From NCBI GenBank assembly GCA_009914755.4, contig CP086569.2, forward strand, positions 10,944,001 through 11,008,000: a DNA stretch of 64,000 bases, given 5' to 3'. A program made the position numbers and the translations under genes. Positions 38,556 to 51,821 of the stretch are shown here, piece by piece; the first letter of the stretch is position 1, and every line of letters begins with the position of its first letter. The notes beneath the pieces were generated by a model. The model ran no database searches, had not been told where the DNA came from, and saw only the letters and a program-made list of their open reading frames with translations. Source of the stretch: the human T2T-CHM13v2.0 reference genome, Homo sapiens.

Positions 38556-39067
38556 CATTAACAATTCCATTGCATTCCACTCCATTCCATTCAATTACGT
38601 TCCATTCTATTCCATTGAATTTCATTCCGTTCCATTCCATTGCACTCCATTCCATTCCATTCCACTGCAATCCAGTCCACTTCACTGAATTCCACTCCAC
38701 TCCACTCCACTGCATTCTATTCTGTTCCATTCCTTTTTGTTTTGTTCCATTGCATTCCACTCTACTCCACTCCTGTCCACTTTACTGCATTCCCCTCCAC
38801 TTCACTGCATTCCGTTCCATTCCATTCCATTCCATTCCATTCCATACCACTGCACTCTGATCCACTGCACTCAACTCCACACCACTCCACTCGGTTCCAT
38901 TCTGTTCCACGCCATTCCGTTCTGTTCCATTCCATTTCACTCCAATCCATTCCGCTATACTCCATTCCATTGCCATACATTTCTCTCCATTCCACTCTAT
39001 TCCACTCCATTCCACTCCACTCTTCTTCACTCCACTCTATTCCAATCTACTCCATTCCACTATATTT

Positions 39068-39135
39068 CTTTATTTCGACTGAATCTCACTCTGACACCCA
39101 GACTGGAGTGCAGAGGCACAACCTTGACTCACATT
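39068..39135 (-). mobile_element. Alu 3'-end fragment
   Basis: rc Alu 3'-end core read in sequence; +/-5 bp. Confidence 0.7.
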
Positions 39136-39321
39136 TTATTTCACCATTCCAATCCATTCCATTCCATTCCATTCCATTCCATTCCATTCCATTCCATTCC
39201 ATTCCATTCCATGCCATTTTACTCCATTCCATTCCATTCCATTCCATTCCATTCCATTCCATTCCATTCCATTCCATTCCATTCCACTCCACTCCACTCC
39301 ATTCCATTCCATTCCATTCCC

Positions 39322-39390
39322 TGCTTTCGACTGGATCTCACTCTGTGACACAGCCTGGAGTGCAGTAGCGCCATCTCATTTCACATTTCA
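39322..39390 (-). mobile_element. Alu 3'-end fragment
   Basis: paralog of 12990 (offset ~26.3 kb); +/-5 bp. Confidence 0.7.
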
Positions 39391-39799
39391 TTTGACCATT
39401 CCATTCCACTACATTCCACTACACTTCAGTCCACTCCACTCCACTCCCATCCACGCCATTTCACTCCATTCAATTCCATCCCTGTCCATTCCACACCACT
39501 CCCGTCCACTCAACTCCATTCCATTCCTCTTCAGTCCACTCCACTCCAGTCTACTCCACTTCATTACACTCCATCCCATCCATTCCACTCCATTTCACTG
39601 CACTGCCCTTCTCTCCACTCCACTCCATTCCATTCCATCCCAGTCCATTGCTCTGCATTCCACACCTATCCACTCCACTCCACTCTATTCCATTCCATTC
39701 CATTCCATCCCATTACATTATATCCCACTCCATTCCATTCCATTCCATTCCATTAAATTCCATTCCATTCCATTCCTTTCCATTTCGTTCCATTCCATT

Positions 39800-39868
39800 C
39801 CTTTCTTTTGACAGGATCTCACTCTCTCACCCAGGCTGTAGTGCAGTGACACAATATCAACTCACATT
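39800..39868 (-). mobile_element. Alu 3'-end fragment
   Basis: rc Alu 3'-end core read in sequence; +/-5 bp. Confidence 0.75.
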
Positions 39869-40254
39869 TCATTTCACCATTCTCTCCCATTGCATTCCAT
39901 TCCATTGTATTCCATTCCATTCCATTTCTTTCCAATCCATTCCACTCCCTTCCATTCAACTCCACTCCACTCCAATCAATTGCATTCCTTTTCATTTCAT
40001 TCGAGTCCATTCCACTCCCTTCCATTCAACTCCACTCCACTCCATTCCATTCCATTCCATTCTATTGTAGTCCACTCCACTGTATTTGACTCGACTCCAT
40101 TCCATTAGACTTCACACCAATCCATTCCCCTCCATCCCATTCTAATCCACTCCATTCCCCTCCACTCCACTCTACTCCACTACAGTCCACTCCACTCTAC
40201 TCTACTCCACTCCATTCCATTCCACTCCGTTCCATTCCACTCCATTGAATTCCA

Positions 40255-40325
40255 TTCTTTTCTTTCGACAGGATCTTACTCTTTCACCCAGTTGCAGTGC
40301 AGTGGAACTATCTCAGCTCGTGTTT
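40255..40325 (-). mobile_element. Alu 3'-end fragment
   Basis: rc Alu 3'-end core read in sequence; +/-5 bp. Confidence 0.65.
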
Positions 40326-40661
40326 CATTTCACCATAGCATTCCATTCCTTTCCTTTCCATTCCATTCCTTTAAATTACATTCCATTCCATTCCTCTTCA
40401 CTCCACTCCACTTCACTGCACTCCACTCCACTCCACTCCACTCCATTCCATTCTATCCCATTCCTTTCAACTCTATTCCATTCCACTCCACTCCTTTCCA
40501 TTCCATCCCAATACATTCCACACGATTCCACTCCAATGCACTCCACTCCTGTCCGCTCCATTCCATTCCACTCAATCCAATTGCATTCATTTCACTCCAC
40601 TCCACTCCACACCATTCCAGTACACTCCATTTTATTCCACTCCTTACCATTCCATTTCATT

Positions 40662-40728
40662 CTTTTGACAAGATCTCACTCTGTCACCCAGGCTGGAGTA
40701 AAGTGACACTTTCTCAGCTCACATTTCG
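40662..40728 (-). mobile_element. Alu 3'-end fragment
   Basis: rc Alu 3'-end core read in sequence; +/-5 bp. Confidence 0.75.
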
Positions 40729-40863
40729 TTTCAACATTTCATTGCATTCCATTCCATTTCATTCCATTCCACACTTATCCATTCCATTCCACTCCACTCC
40801 ACACCACTACATGCCACTCCACTCCATTCCATTCCTTTCCATTCCACTCCTTGCCATTCCATT

Positions 40864-40930
40864 CCTTTCTTTTGATAGGATATCACTCTGTCACCCAGGC
40901 TGCTGTGCAGTGGCACAAACTCAGCTCAGA
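40864..40930 (-). mobile_element. Alu 3'-end fragment
   Basis: rc Alu 3'-end core read in sequence; +/-5 bp. Confidence 0.7.
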
Positions 40931-41449
40931 ATACATTCCACCATTGCATTCCACTCCATTTCACCCCTTTCCATTCCATTCCTTTCAATTCCATTCCTTT
41001 CCATTCCATTCCATTTCACTCCACTCCACTCCACTCCATTCCACTCCATCCAATCTCATTCCACTCCACTCCACTCCATTCCATGCCGTTTCATCCTATT
41101 CCATTTCCCGCCATTCCAATCTACTCCACTCAACTCCATTCCGTGCCATTCCATCCCATTCCATTCCACTCCATTCCACTCCACTCCACTCCATTCAAAT
41201 CCATTCCACTCCATTCCATTGCATTCCATCCCCCAGCACTCCACTCCACTCCATTCCACTCCATTCCATTCCATTCCACTCAATTCTGTTCCTCTCCACT
41301 CCATTCTTATCCATCCCATTCCATTCCACTCCATTCCCCACCACTCCACTCCACTTCATTCCATTTCATTCCATCCCATTCCATTCCACTACACTCCACT
41401 CCACTCTATTCAATTCCATTCCTTTCCATTCTACTCCATTGTATTACAT

Positions 41450-41520
41450 TCCTTTCTTTCGAAAGGAACTCACTCTGTCACATAGGCTCCATTGCACTGA
41501 ACCAAACTCAGCTCACATTT
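41450..41520 (-). mobile_element. Alu 3'-end fragment (degenerate)
   Basis: rc Alu 3'-end core partly degenerate; +/-5 bp. Confidence 0.55.
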
Positions 41521-41919
41521 CATTTCAACATTCCATTCAATTCCATTCCACTCGACTCCAATCCACTCCACTCTTCTCCACTCCACTTCACTCCAATCCA
41601 TTCCATTCCAATACATTACATTCCACTCAACTCCATTCCACTGCACTGCACTCAAATCCATGGCATTCCATTCCACTCCATTCATCCCATTCCATTCCTC
41701 TCCACTCCATTCCACTCCACTCCACTTCACTTCATTCCATTTCATTCTATTCCATTCCACTCCAATCGATTCCACTCCACTCCCCTCCCTTTCACTCCAT
41801 CCCATTCCATTCCACTCCATTCCACTCCACTCAACTCCACTTCACTGAAATACACTGCATTCCATTCCTTTCCACTCCCTTCCATTTTTTTTTCCACTCC
41901 CTTACATTTCTTTCATTTC

Positions 41920-41985
41920 TTTTGACAGTTTCTCACTCTCTCACCCATGATGGTGTGCTGTGGCACAATCACAGCTCACATTTCA
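41920..41985 (-). mobile_element. Alu 3'-end fragment
   Basis: rc Alu 3'-end core partly degenerate; +/-5 bp. Confidence 0.6.
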
Positions 41986-42821
41986 TTTCGACATTCTATT
42001 CCATTGCCTTCCATTGCACTCCATTCTATTGCGTTCCATTTTATTGCATTACATTGCACTGCATTCCTTTCCATTCCCCTACACTCCACTCAATTCTACT
42101 CCACCCCACTCCACTCCACTCCAGTCCATTCCATTCCTTTCCCTTCCATTCTGTACCAGATCATTCCACTCCATTCTATTCCATTTCTCTGAATTCCATT
42201 CCATTGCATTCCAATCCATTCCACTCTCCTGCATTCACTCCTGTCCATTCCTCTCCACTCCATTCCTTGGTACTCCACTCCATTCCATTCCACTCCTTTC
42301 CACTCCATACCACTCCAGTCTATTCCATTCCATTCCACTCCACTCCACTCCACTCCACTCCATTCCATTCCATTCCACTGCACTCCGTTCCACTCCAATC
42401 AACTTCACTCCACTCCAATCCCTTCCATTCCATTCCATCCCTTTCCATTCCATTCCACTCCATTCCCTTAAATTCCACTCCTTTCCACTCCTCTCCATTT
42501 CACTCCATTGCACTCCACTCCACTCCATTCCACTGCATTCCATTCCATTCTACTCCACTACAATCCATTCCACTTTACTCCATTCCATTCCACTCCATTC
42601 CATTCCATTCAACTCCATTCCATTCCATTTCATTCCACTCCTTTCCACACCAGTCCATTCCACTCCTCGCCTCTCGCTTCCAATCAATTCCAGTCTTTTC
42701 CATTCTGTTCCACTACCTTCAACTCCATTCCACTCCACTCCATTCCACTCCACTCTCCTCCATTCCACTCCATTCCATTCCACTCCACTCCATTCCATTT
42801 CATAATACTCTATTCTATTCC

Positions 42822-42890
42822 ATTCCTTTATTTCGACTGTGTCTCACGTTGTCACCAGAGTGAAGTTTAGTGGCACTATCTTAGCTCACC
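42822..42890 (-). mobile_element. Alu 3'-end fragment
   Basis: rc Alu 3'-end core partly degenerate; +/-5 bp. Confidence 0.6.
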
Positions 42891-43201
42891 TTTTATTTCA
42901 TTCACCATTCCATTCTATTCTGTTCTTTTCCACTACGTTCCATTTCAGTCCATTGCACTTCGATCCAGTCCATTCAAATCCACTCAACTCCAGTTCCTTC
43001 CTTTCCGTACCATTCTATTCGATTCCACAACATTCCATTCCATTCCACTCCATTCTTTCCCATTTCATTCCACTCCATTCCAGTCCATTAGACTCCACTC
43101 CATTGCACTAAACTCCATGTAACTCCTTTCCACTCCTTTGCACTCCATTCCATTCACCTCCAATAAATTCCTTTCCATTGTACTCCGTTGCATTCCATTA
43201 G

Positions 43202-43268
43202 TTTATTTTGACTGGGTCTCACTCTGTCACCCAGACTGGAGTGCAATGGCACAATCTTAGCTCACATT
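43202..43268 (-). mobile_element. Alu 3'-end fragment
   Basis: rc Alu 3'-end core read in sequence; +/-5 bp. Confidence 0.75.
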
Positions 43269-43957
43269 TCATTTCACCGTTCCATTGCATTCCATTCCAT
43301 TCCATTCCATTCAGTTCCATTCCAATCCATTCTTTTCCATTCCACTCCACTCCATTCCATTCTACTCCATTCCAATCCACTCCACTCCAATCCAATCCAC
43401 TCCACTCCATTCCATGCCAACCCTTTCTAATGCACTCCAGTCCAATCCACTCAACTCCAATCAACTCCACTCCACTCCCCTCTGTTCCATTTTGTTCCTT
43501 CCTGTTGCTTTCGGATCTGTTCCATTCCACTCCATTCCTTTCCAGTCCACTCCATTCCACTCCACTACATTTCTCTCTATTCCACAACATTCCACTCCAC
43601 TTTACTCCACTCCACTCCACTCTGCTCCATTCCATTCCATTCCATTCCGTTCCATTCCGTTCCGTTCCGTTCCGTTCCATTCCATTCCATTCCATTCCTT
43701 TCCACTCCGTTCCACTATATTCTACTCAATTTCACATCATTCCTCTCCGCTCTATTCCACTCAACTCCCTTCCACTCCCCTCCACTCGATTCCAGTCCAT
43801 TCTCTTCCATTTCACTGCCTTCCATTTCATTCCATTCCACTCCATTCTTCTCCAGTCCATTCCCCTGCACTCCATTCCACCCCACTAAACTCCATGCTAA
43901 CCTTTTCCATTCCACTGCACTCCATTCTATTCGATTTTACTCCATTCCTTGCCATTC

Positions 43958-44025
43958 TTTGTTTCGACTGGAACTCACTGTCTCACCCAGACTCTAAGTG
44001 CAGTGGCACATTGTTAGCTCACATT
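43958..44025 (-). mobile_element. Alu 3'-end fragment (GACTGGAACTCAC variant)
   Basis: same variant as 26296/28145/29070; +/-5 bp. Confidence 0.65.
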
Positions 44026-45089
44026 TGATTTCACCTTTCGATTCCATTCCACTCCATTCCATTCCATTCCATTCCATTCCATTCCATTCCATTCCATTCC
44101 ATTCCATTCCTTTCCATTGCATTGCATTCCTTTCCATTGCATTCCATTCCACTCAACTCCACTCCACTTCACTCAACTCCACTCCAATTCACTTTACTCC
44201 ACTCCGTTCTCATGCATTCCATTGCATGACGTTCCATTCCATACCATTCCATTCCATTCCATTACTTTCCATTCCATCGCATTGCATTCCATTCCACTCC
44301 ATTCAATTCCATTCCATTCCATGCTATTCCATTCCACTGCACTTTGATCCACTCCACTCAACTCCCCCAAACGACATTCCACTCCTTTCCATTCCATTCC
44401 ATTCCATTCCATTGCATTCCATTCCAGTCCAATTCCATTCCATTCCATGCCATTACATTCCACTGCACTCCGAACCACTCCACACACCTCCCCCACACGA
44501 CATTCCACTACTTTCCCTTCCGTTTCGTTCCATTCCATTCCATTCCATTCCATTCCATTCCACTCCACTCCATTCCACTCCACTCCACTCCAGTCCACTC
44601 TACTCCCCTCCATTCCATTCCATTCTATTCCACTGCACTCCAATCCTCTCCACCCATCTCAACTCCATTCCGCTCCACTCCGTTCCATTGCGTTCCATAC
44701 TGTTCAGTTCTATTTCATTCCACTCCATTCCATTCCTCTCCAATCAATTCCTCTCCACTGTATTTCACTCCGTGGCATTAAATTCTACTACACTCCTCTT
44801 CCCTCCACTCAACTCCATTCCACTCCACTCCATTATGTTCCATTCCGTTCTGTTCCATTCCATTAAATTCCACTCCATTACATTCCACTCCACTCCATTC
44901 CACTCCACTCCATTTCACTTCATTAAACTTCATTCCTCTCCCCTCATCTGCATTCCATTCCACTCCTCTCCTTTCAATTCCACTCCATTCCATTCCATTC
45001 CTTTCCACTCCATTACACTCCACACCACTCCATTCCAATCCATTCCATTCCACTTCATTCCATTCAGTTTTACTCTATTCCTTTCCATT

Positions 45090-45160
45090 CCTTTATTTCG
45101 ACTGGAACTCACTCTCTCACCCAGACTGGAGAGCAGTGGTACATTCTTAGCTCACATTTC
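45090..45160 (-). mobile_element. Alu 3'-end fragment (GACTGGAACTCAC variant)
   Basis: near-identical to 29070-29140; +/-5 bp. Confidence 0.7.
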
Positions 45161-45815
45161 ATTTCACCCTTCCATTCCATTCCATTCCATTCCATTCCAT
45201 TCCATTCCATTCCATTCCAATCTACTCCACTGCACTCAACTCCAGTCCACCTCACTCCACTCCACTCCACTCCACTCCACTCCACTCCAATACACTCCAT
45301 TCCTTTCCTTTCCATTCCATTCCATTCCACTGCACTCTGATCCACTCCACTCAACTCCACACCACTCCACTCCATTTCGTTCTGTTCCATTCCGTTCTGT
45401 TCCATTCCTTTTCCTAAACTCCATTGCTTTCCACTCCACTCCATTCCACTCCACACAATTTCACACCATTCAACTCAACTCCACTCGACTCCACGCCACT
45501 CCACTCCGCTCCACTCAAATTCACTCCATTCCATTCAACTTCATTCCATTCCATTCCACTCCTTTCCATTACATTATATTCCACCCCATTCCACTCCACT
45601 CCATTGCATTCCAATCCACTCCACTCCACTCCATTCCATTATACTCCACTCCATTCCATTCCATTCCACTTCGTTCCTCTTTATTCCACTCCACTCTATA
45701 CCACTCCACTCCATTCGTCTCCACTGCACTCCTTTTCGCCCCACTCCACTACATTCCACTCCCTTCCAATCCACTCCACTCCATGCCAGTCCATTCTAAA
45801 CCATTCCATTCCATT

Positions 45816-45885
45816 CCTTTATTTCAACAGGATCTCACTCCGTCACCCATACTGGAGAGCAGTAGCACAATGTTACCTCACATTT
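45816..45885 (-). mobile_element. Alu 3'-end fragment
   Basis: rc Alu 3'-end core partly degenerate; +/-5 bp. Confidence 0.6.
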
Positions 45886-46499
45886 TTTTTCACCATTCCA
45901 TTCCATTCCACTCCATTCCATTCCTTTACATTCTATTCTACTCCACTCCACTCCACTCCATTTCGTTCAATTCCGTTCCATTCCATTTCGTTCCATTCCA
46001 TTCCAGTGTCTTCTGATCCACTACACTCAACTCCAGTACACTCCACTCCACTCCACTCTGTTCCATTCTGTTCTGTTCCTATACCTTCCCTTCCTTTCCT
46101 CTCCTTTCCATTCCAGTCCAATCCATTCCAATACACTCCACTTTATTCCACTCCACTCCACTCCTCTCCACTCCACTAAATTCCATTCCGCTCCATTTCA
46201 TTCCATTCCACTCCATTCCGTTCCATTCCACTCCATTTCACTCCTCACCATCTCCCTCCACTCCTTGCCAATTTACTCCTCTTCACTCCACTCCACTTTA
46301 TTCCTTTCCATTCTGCTCCTTTACATTCCATTACCCTCTATTCCAGTCCATTCCACTCCACTCCATTCCACTCCACTGTATTCCACTCCACTGCACTCCA
46401 TTTCACTCCACTCCGTTCCACTCCACTGCATCCTACTGCAGGCCCTTCCATTCCACTCCACTCCATCCCATTGCTTTCTACTTGATTCCTTTCCATTCC

Positions 46500-46568
46500 T
46501 TTATTTCGACTGGATCTCACTCTTTCACCCAGACTGGAGTGCTGTGGCACTATCTTAGCTAACATTTC
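46500..46568 (-). mobile_element. Alu 3'-end fragment
   Basis: rc Alu 3'-end core read in sequence; +/-5 bp. Confidence 0.7.
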
Positions 46569-47469
46569 ATTTTACCATTCCATTCCATTCCATTCCATTT
46601 CATTCTATTTCATTCCATTCCATTCCATTAGACTCCACTGCACTCCCCTCCACTCTACTCCACTCCTCTCAATTCCACTCCACTCCATTCCATTCCATGC
46701 CATTCCAGTCCATTCCACTGAATTCCTATCCTCTCCCGTCAACTCCACTCCACTGCACACCACTATGTACCATTCCGTTCCATTTCATTCCGTCCCATTC
46801 CATTCCACTCCGTTCCATTCCATTCCATTCCACGCCATTCATTTCTGCTCCATTCCACTCCACTCCATTCCATTCCACTCCATTCCCTTCCATTCCACTC
46901 TACTCCTTTCCATTCCATTCCATTTCACACCACTACATTCCATTCCATTCCTCTCCATTCCTTTACATTCCACCACATTCCATTCCTTTCCATTCCACAC
47001 CAATCAACCCCAATCCACCCCAATCCACTTCACTCAACTCCACTCTGTTCCACTCCACTCCACCCCTCCACTTTCCATTCCATTGCTTTTTATTCCATTC
47101 CATTCCATTCCATTCCATTCCATTCCATTCCATTCCATTCCATTCCACTCCAATCCAATCCATTCCATTCCACACCACTCCACTCCACTCCATTCCATTC
47201 CACACCACTCCAATCCACTTCACTCCGTTCCTTTCCATTCCATTCCGTTCCATTCCATTCCATTCCATTCCGTACCGTTCCGTTCTGTTCCATTCCGTTC
47301 CATTCCGTTCCATTCCATTCCATTCCATTCCATTCCTTTCCATTCCACTCCATTCCAATGCACTCCATTCCACTCCATTCCATTCCACTCAAATCCACTC
47401 CTCTCCTCTCCACTCCGTTCCATTGTGTTCCATTCCATTCTATTCGATTCACTGCATTTCATTCCACTC

Positions 47470-47545
47470 CACTGCATTCAACTCCACATGAATGCGCTAC
47501 ACTCCCCCTCACATCACTCAATTTCATTTACTTCACTCCATTTCA
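47470..47545 (-). mobile_element. Possible heavily decayed Alu-fragment relic
   Basis: CCACATGAATGCGCTACACTCCCCCTCACATCACTCAATTTCATTTACTTCAC loosely parallels GAGTGCAGTGGCAC..CTCACATTTCATTTCAC; speculative. Confidence 0.3.
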
Positions 47546-49297
47546 CTATATTCCATAGTATCCTTTACACTGCAATTCGATCTGATCCACTCCACTCCAC
47601 TCAACGCCTCTCCACTCCTCTCCACTCTAGTCCGTTTAACTCCACTCCATTCCATTTCATGCCATTCCATTCCCTTGCATTCCACTGCACTCCATCCACT
47701 CCACTCAATTCCACTCCACTTCACTCCATTCCACTCCACTCCTTTCTATTCCATTCCTTTCCGTTCTGTACCATTAAATTCCATTCCGTTCTATTCCATT
47801 CCATTTCACTCCATTCCATTCCACTCCACTCCATTCCTCTCCACTCCACTCCATTCTATTCTGTTCCATTCCACTCCATTACATTCAACTCCACTCCATT
47901 CCACTCCACTCCATTTCACTACTTTCCACTCTATTCCACTCCTCTCCACTACTGTCTGCAGCACTACATTCTTTCCACTTCATTCCATTCCATTCCTTTC
48001 CATTCCACTCCACACCACTCCACTCCACTTTGCTCCACTCCATTCCATTCCACTCCAGTCCATTCCTTCCAAACCATTCCATTCCACCCCACTCCACTCC
48101 ATTCCACTCCACTCCATTCCGTTCCACCGCACTCCACTCGACTCCACTCTATTCAATTCTATTCCATTCCATTCCACAGCCCTCCCTTCCATTCCACTCC
48201 ACTCCACTAAACTCCACTTCACTCCACTCCACTCTGCTCCACTCCACTCCACTGCATTCCTTTCCATTCCACTCCAATCCATTCCTTTGCATTCCTTTCC
48301 ATTCCATTGCTGTGCCTTCTGATCCACTCCACTAAACACCACTCTACTCAAGTCCATATCAATTTGTGCCGTTCCATTCCATTCCATTCCTTTCCATCCC
48401 ATTCCATTCTGTTCTATTCCATTCCATTCTACTCCATGCCATTCCATTCCACTCATTTCTACTCTACCTCACTCAACTCCACTGAACTGCACTACAATCC
48501 AGTACATAACACTCTACTCCGTTCCATTCAACTACACTCCATTCCATTCCTTTCCATTCCACACCAATACACTCCATTTCATAAAACCTTACTCCACTCC
48601 ATTCAATTCCATACCTTTTTGTTCCATTCCTTTCCACTCAATTCCATTCCACTCAACTCCATTCCGCTCTACTACACTCCATTCCAATCCTCTCCATCCC
48701 ATTCCATTCCATTCCATTCCATTCCGTTCCGTTCCATTCCATTCCATTCCAATCCATTCCATTCCATTGCATTCCACTGCACTCTGATCCAGTACATTCA
48801 TGTCCACTCCACTCCAGTCAATTCCATTCTCCTCTGTTCCATTCTTTTCCATTTCATTCCATTCTACTCCATTCCATTCCACTACACTGCATTTCACTAC
48901 ATTCCTCTCCATTCCACTACACTCCACTGCACTCTACTGCATTCCTTTGCACTCTATTTCATTCCATTCCACACCATTCCTTTTGATTGCATTCCACTCC
49001 ACTCCATTCCATTCTGTTCCACTTCATTCCATTTTATTCCACTCCACTCCTTTCAACTCCATTCCACTCCAATCCATTCCAATCTACTCCATTTCACTCC
49101 ACTATTCTCTGTTCCAATCAATTCCTTTCAATTCCACCCCATTCAATTCTATTCTATTCTTATCCATTCCACTCCTTTCCACTCCACTCAGTTCCACTCC
49201 ACTTTTCCTCTGCACTCCATTCCATTACACTACGTTCCTCTCCATTTAATTCCACCCCGGTCCATTCCTTTCCATTTTGTGGCATTCCATTCCATTC

Positions 49298-49370
49298 CTT
49301 TATTTCAACAGGATCTCACCTTTCACCGAGACTGCAGTGCAGTGGCAGAATCTTATCCCTCATTGCATTT
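49298..49370 (-). mobile_element. Alu 3'-end fragment
   Basis: rc Alu 3'-end core partly degenerate; +/-5 bp. Confidence 0.6.
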
Positions 49371-49611
49371 CACCCTTCCATTCCATTCCATTCCACTGCT
49401 CTCCGATCCACTACACTCAACTCCACTCTACTCCACTCCACTCGGTTCCATTCCAATCCGTGCCATGCCCTTCTGTTCTGTTCCATTCCACTCCATTCTA
49501 TTCCACTCTACTCTATTCTACTGCAGTACATGTTACTCCATGCCACTCCATTACACTCCCCTCCACTACACTTCACTCCACTCCATTCCATTTCACTCCA
49601 TTCCACTACAA

Positions 49612-49680
49612 TCCTTTATTTCGACTGAATCTCACTCTGACATGTAGACTGGATTGCATTGGCACAATCTTAGCACACAT
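49612..49680 (-). mobile_element. Alu 3'-end fragment
   Basis: rc Alu 3'-end core partly degenerate; +/-5 bp. Confidence 0.6.
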
Positions 49681-50211
49681 TTCGTTTCAGCATTCCATTC
49701 CATTCCACTCCACTCCATTCCATTCCATTCCACTCTATTCCATTCCATTCCTTTCCACTGCACTCTGATCTACTGCATTCTACTTCATTCCACTCTACTC
49801 CATTCCACCCCACTCCACTCCATTCCATTCAGGTCCATTCCTTTCGGCTCTCTTCCATTCCACTCCATTTCATTCCACTCCTCCCCATTCCACTCTTCTC
49901 CATTCTGCTCCATTCCACTGCACTTCACTTCACTCCACTCCACTCCACTCCATTCCATTCCATTCCACTCCATTCAACTCCGTTGCTCTCTACTGCACTC
50001 CACTCCATTGCACTATACTCTACTCCATTGCATTTCACTCCACTGTTCTCCATTCCACTTCATTCCTTTCCATTCCTCTCCATTCCATTCTATTCCGCTC
50101 CATTCCACTCCAATTCATTCCACTCCATTCCATTCCACCCCATTCCACTCCATTCCATTCTATTCCACTCCATTACATTGCATTCTATTCTACTACATTC
50201 CATTCCACTGC

Positions 50212-50275
50212 ATTATTTCAACTGGATCTCACTCTGTTACTTAGACTTGAGTGCAGTCACACAATCTAATCTCAC
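50212..50275 (-). mobile_element. Alu 3'-end fragment
   Basis: rc Alu 3'-end core partly degenerate; +/-5 bp. Confidence 0.6.
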
Positions 50276-50436
50276 ATTTCATTTCTACATTCCATTCTAT
50301 TGCATTCCATTCTGTTCCGTTCCTTTCCATTCCACTCCATTCCATTCAACTGCACTCCATTTCATGCCATTCTGTTCCATTCCACTTCACTGCACTCTAC
50401 TCCACTCCATTCAATTCTACTCCATTACATTCCAAT

Positions 50437-50505
50437 CCTTTATTTCTACTCAATCTCACTCTGTCACAAAGACTGGAGTGCAGTTGCACAATCTTAGCTC
50501 ACATT
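50437..50505 (-). mobile_element. Alu 3'-end fragment
   Basis: rc Alu 3'-end core read in sequence; +/-5 bp. Confidence 0.7.
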
Positions 50506-50880
50506 TCATTTCACCATTTCATTCCATTGGATTCCATTGGATTCCATTCCATTCCATTCCATTCCATTCAATTCCTTTCCATTCTACTGCACTCCGATCT
50601 GCTCCACTCAACTCCACTCCACTCCACTCTGTTCGGTGCCATTCCATTCCATTCCATTCCATTGCATTCCATTCCATTGCATTCCATTCCATTCCATTGC
50701 ATTCCATTCCATTCCATTCCATTTCATTCCATTCCATTCCGCTCCACTCAATTCCACTCCACTCCATTGCACTCCACTCCACTCCACTGCATTCTACTCC
50801 ACTCCACTCCACTCCATTCCACTCCACTCAATTCCACTCCACTCCATTCCATTACCTTCTTCTCTATGCTTTTCCATTCC

Positions 50881-50945
50881 TTTAATTCGTCCGGATCTTA
50901 CTCTGTGATCCCGACTGGAGTGCAGTGGCACAATCTTAGCTCCCA
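50881..50945 (-). mobile_element. Alu 3'-end fragment
   Basis: rc Alu 3'-end core read in sequence; +/-5 bp. Confidence 0.65.
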
Positions 50946-51502
50946 TTTCCTTTCACCAATCATTTCCATTCCATTCCATTCCATTCCATTCCATTCCATT
51001 CCATTCCATTCCCCTCTACTCCACTACAATCCACGATGCTACACTCCACTCCATTGCACTCCATTCTATCCCGTTCCGTTCCATTCCATTCCATTCTTTT
51101 CCATTCCATTCCATTCCATTCCATTCCATTCCATTCCATTCCATTCCATACCATTCCATTCCATTCCATTCCACTGCACTCCCATCCACTCCACTCAACT
51201 CCACTCCACTTTACTCTGCTCCACCGCCTACCATACGGTTACATTCTGTTGCGTTCCATTCCATTCCATTCTATTCCACTCCACTCCATTCCGCTCCTCT
51301 CCATTGCACTTCATTCCACTCCACTCCACTGTGCTCCACTCCATTTCGTTCCACTCATTCCATTCAACTCCATTTCACTCCATTCCATTCCACTCCACTC
51401 CATTCCACTCCACTCCACTCCACACCACTTTAATCCATTCTTATCACTTACTCTCCATTCCATGACATTCTATTCCACTCTACTCCATTCCATTGCATTC
51501 CT

Positions 51503-51568
51503 TTATTTCGACATCATCTCACTCTTTTTCACAGGCTAGAGTGCAGTGACCAAATCTCACCTCACATT
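51503..51568 (-). mobile_element. Alu 3'-end fragment
   Basis: rc Alu 3'-end core; paralog of 53795; +/-5 bp. Confidence 0.65.
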
Positions 51569-51821
51569 TCATTTCACCATTCCATTCTATTCCATTCCAT
51601 TCCATTCCATTCCACTCAACAGCTTTGCACACCCCTCCACTCCACTCTATTCCATTTCATTGCATTCCATTCCATCCCATTCCATTCCACTCTATTCCAT
51701 TCCACTCCACTCCATTCCACACCACTTCTCTCCATTCCTTTCTATTCCATTCCATTCCCTAACCTTTCATTCCACTCCATTCCACTCCACTTTGTTCCAC
51801 TCCATTCCAGTTAATTCTATT

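Larger units (their letters stand above)
22800..51500. repeat. Satellite domain with ~0.7-1.1-kb composite unit: Alu fragment + 31-nt landmark CACTGCACTCYGATCCACTCCACTCAACTCC
   Basis: Landmark 31-mer at ~24001, 25091, 25981, 26581, 27841, 28441, 30171, 32151, 33670, 36721, 37421, 38161, 38851, 44331, 45321, 46011, 49391, 49751, 50581, 51171; usually 90-470 bp after an Alu fragment. Confidence 0.65.

Noticed and set aside
40851-42863. 670-aa + strand ORF (and similar 672-aa 43998-46016, 531-aa 7113-8708, 481-aa 46765-48210, 449-aa 52828-54177)
   Set aside because: The translation is a low-complexity H/S/I/P/F/L/T string produced by reading ATTCC pentamers in frame. The ORFs are long only because the + strand is nearly devoid of G (no TAG/TGA; TAA only at variant sites). 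There is no start context, no domain-like composition, and the ORFs run straight through Alu-derived fragments.
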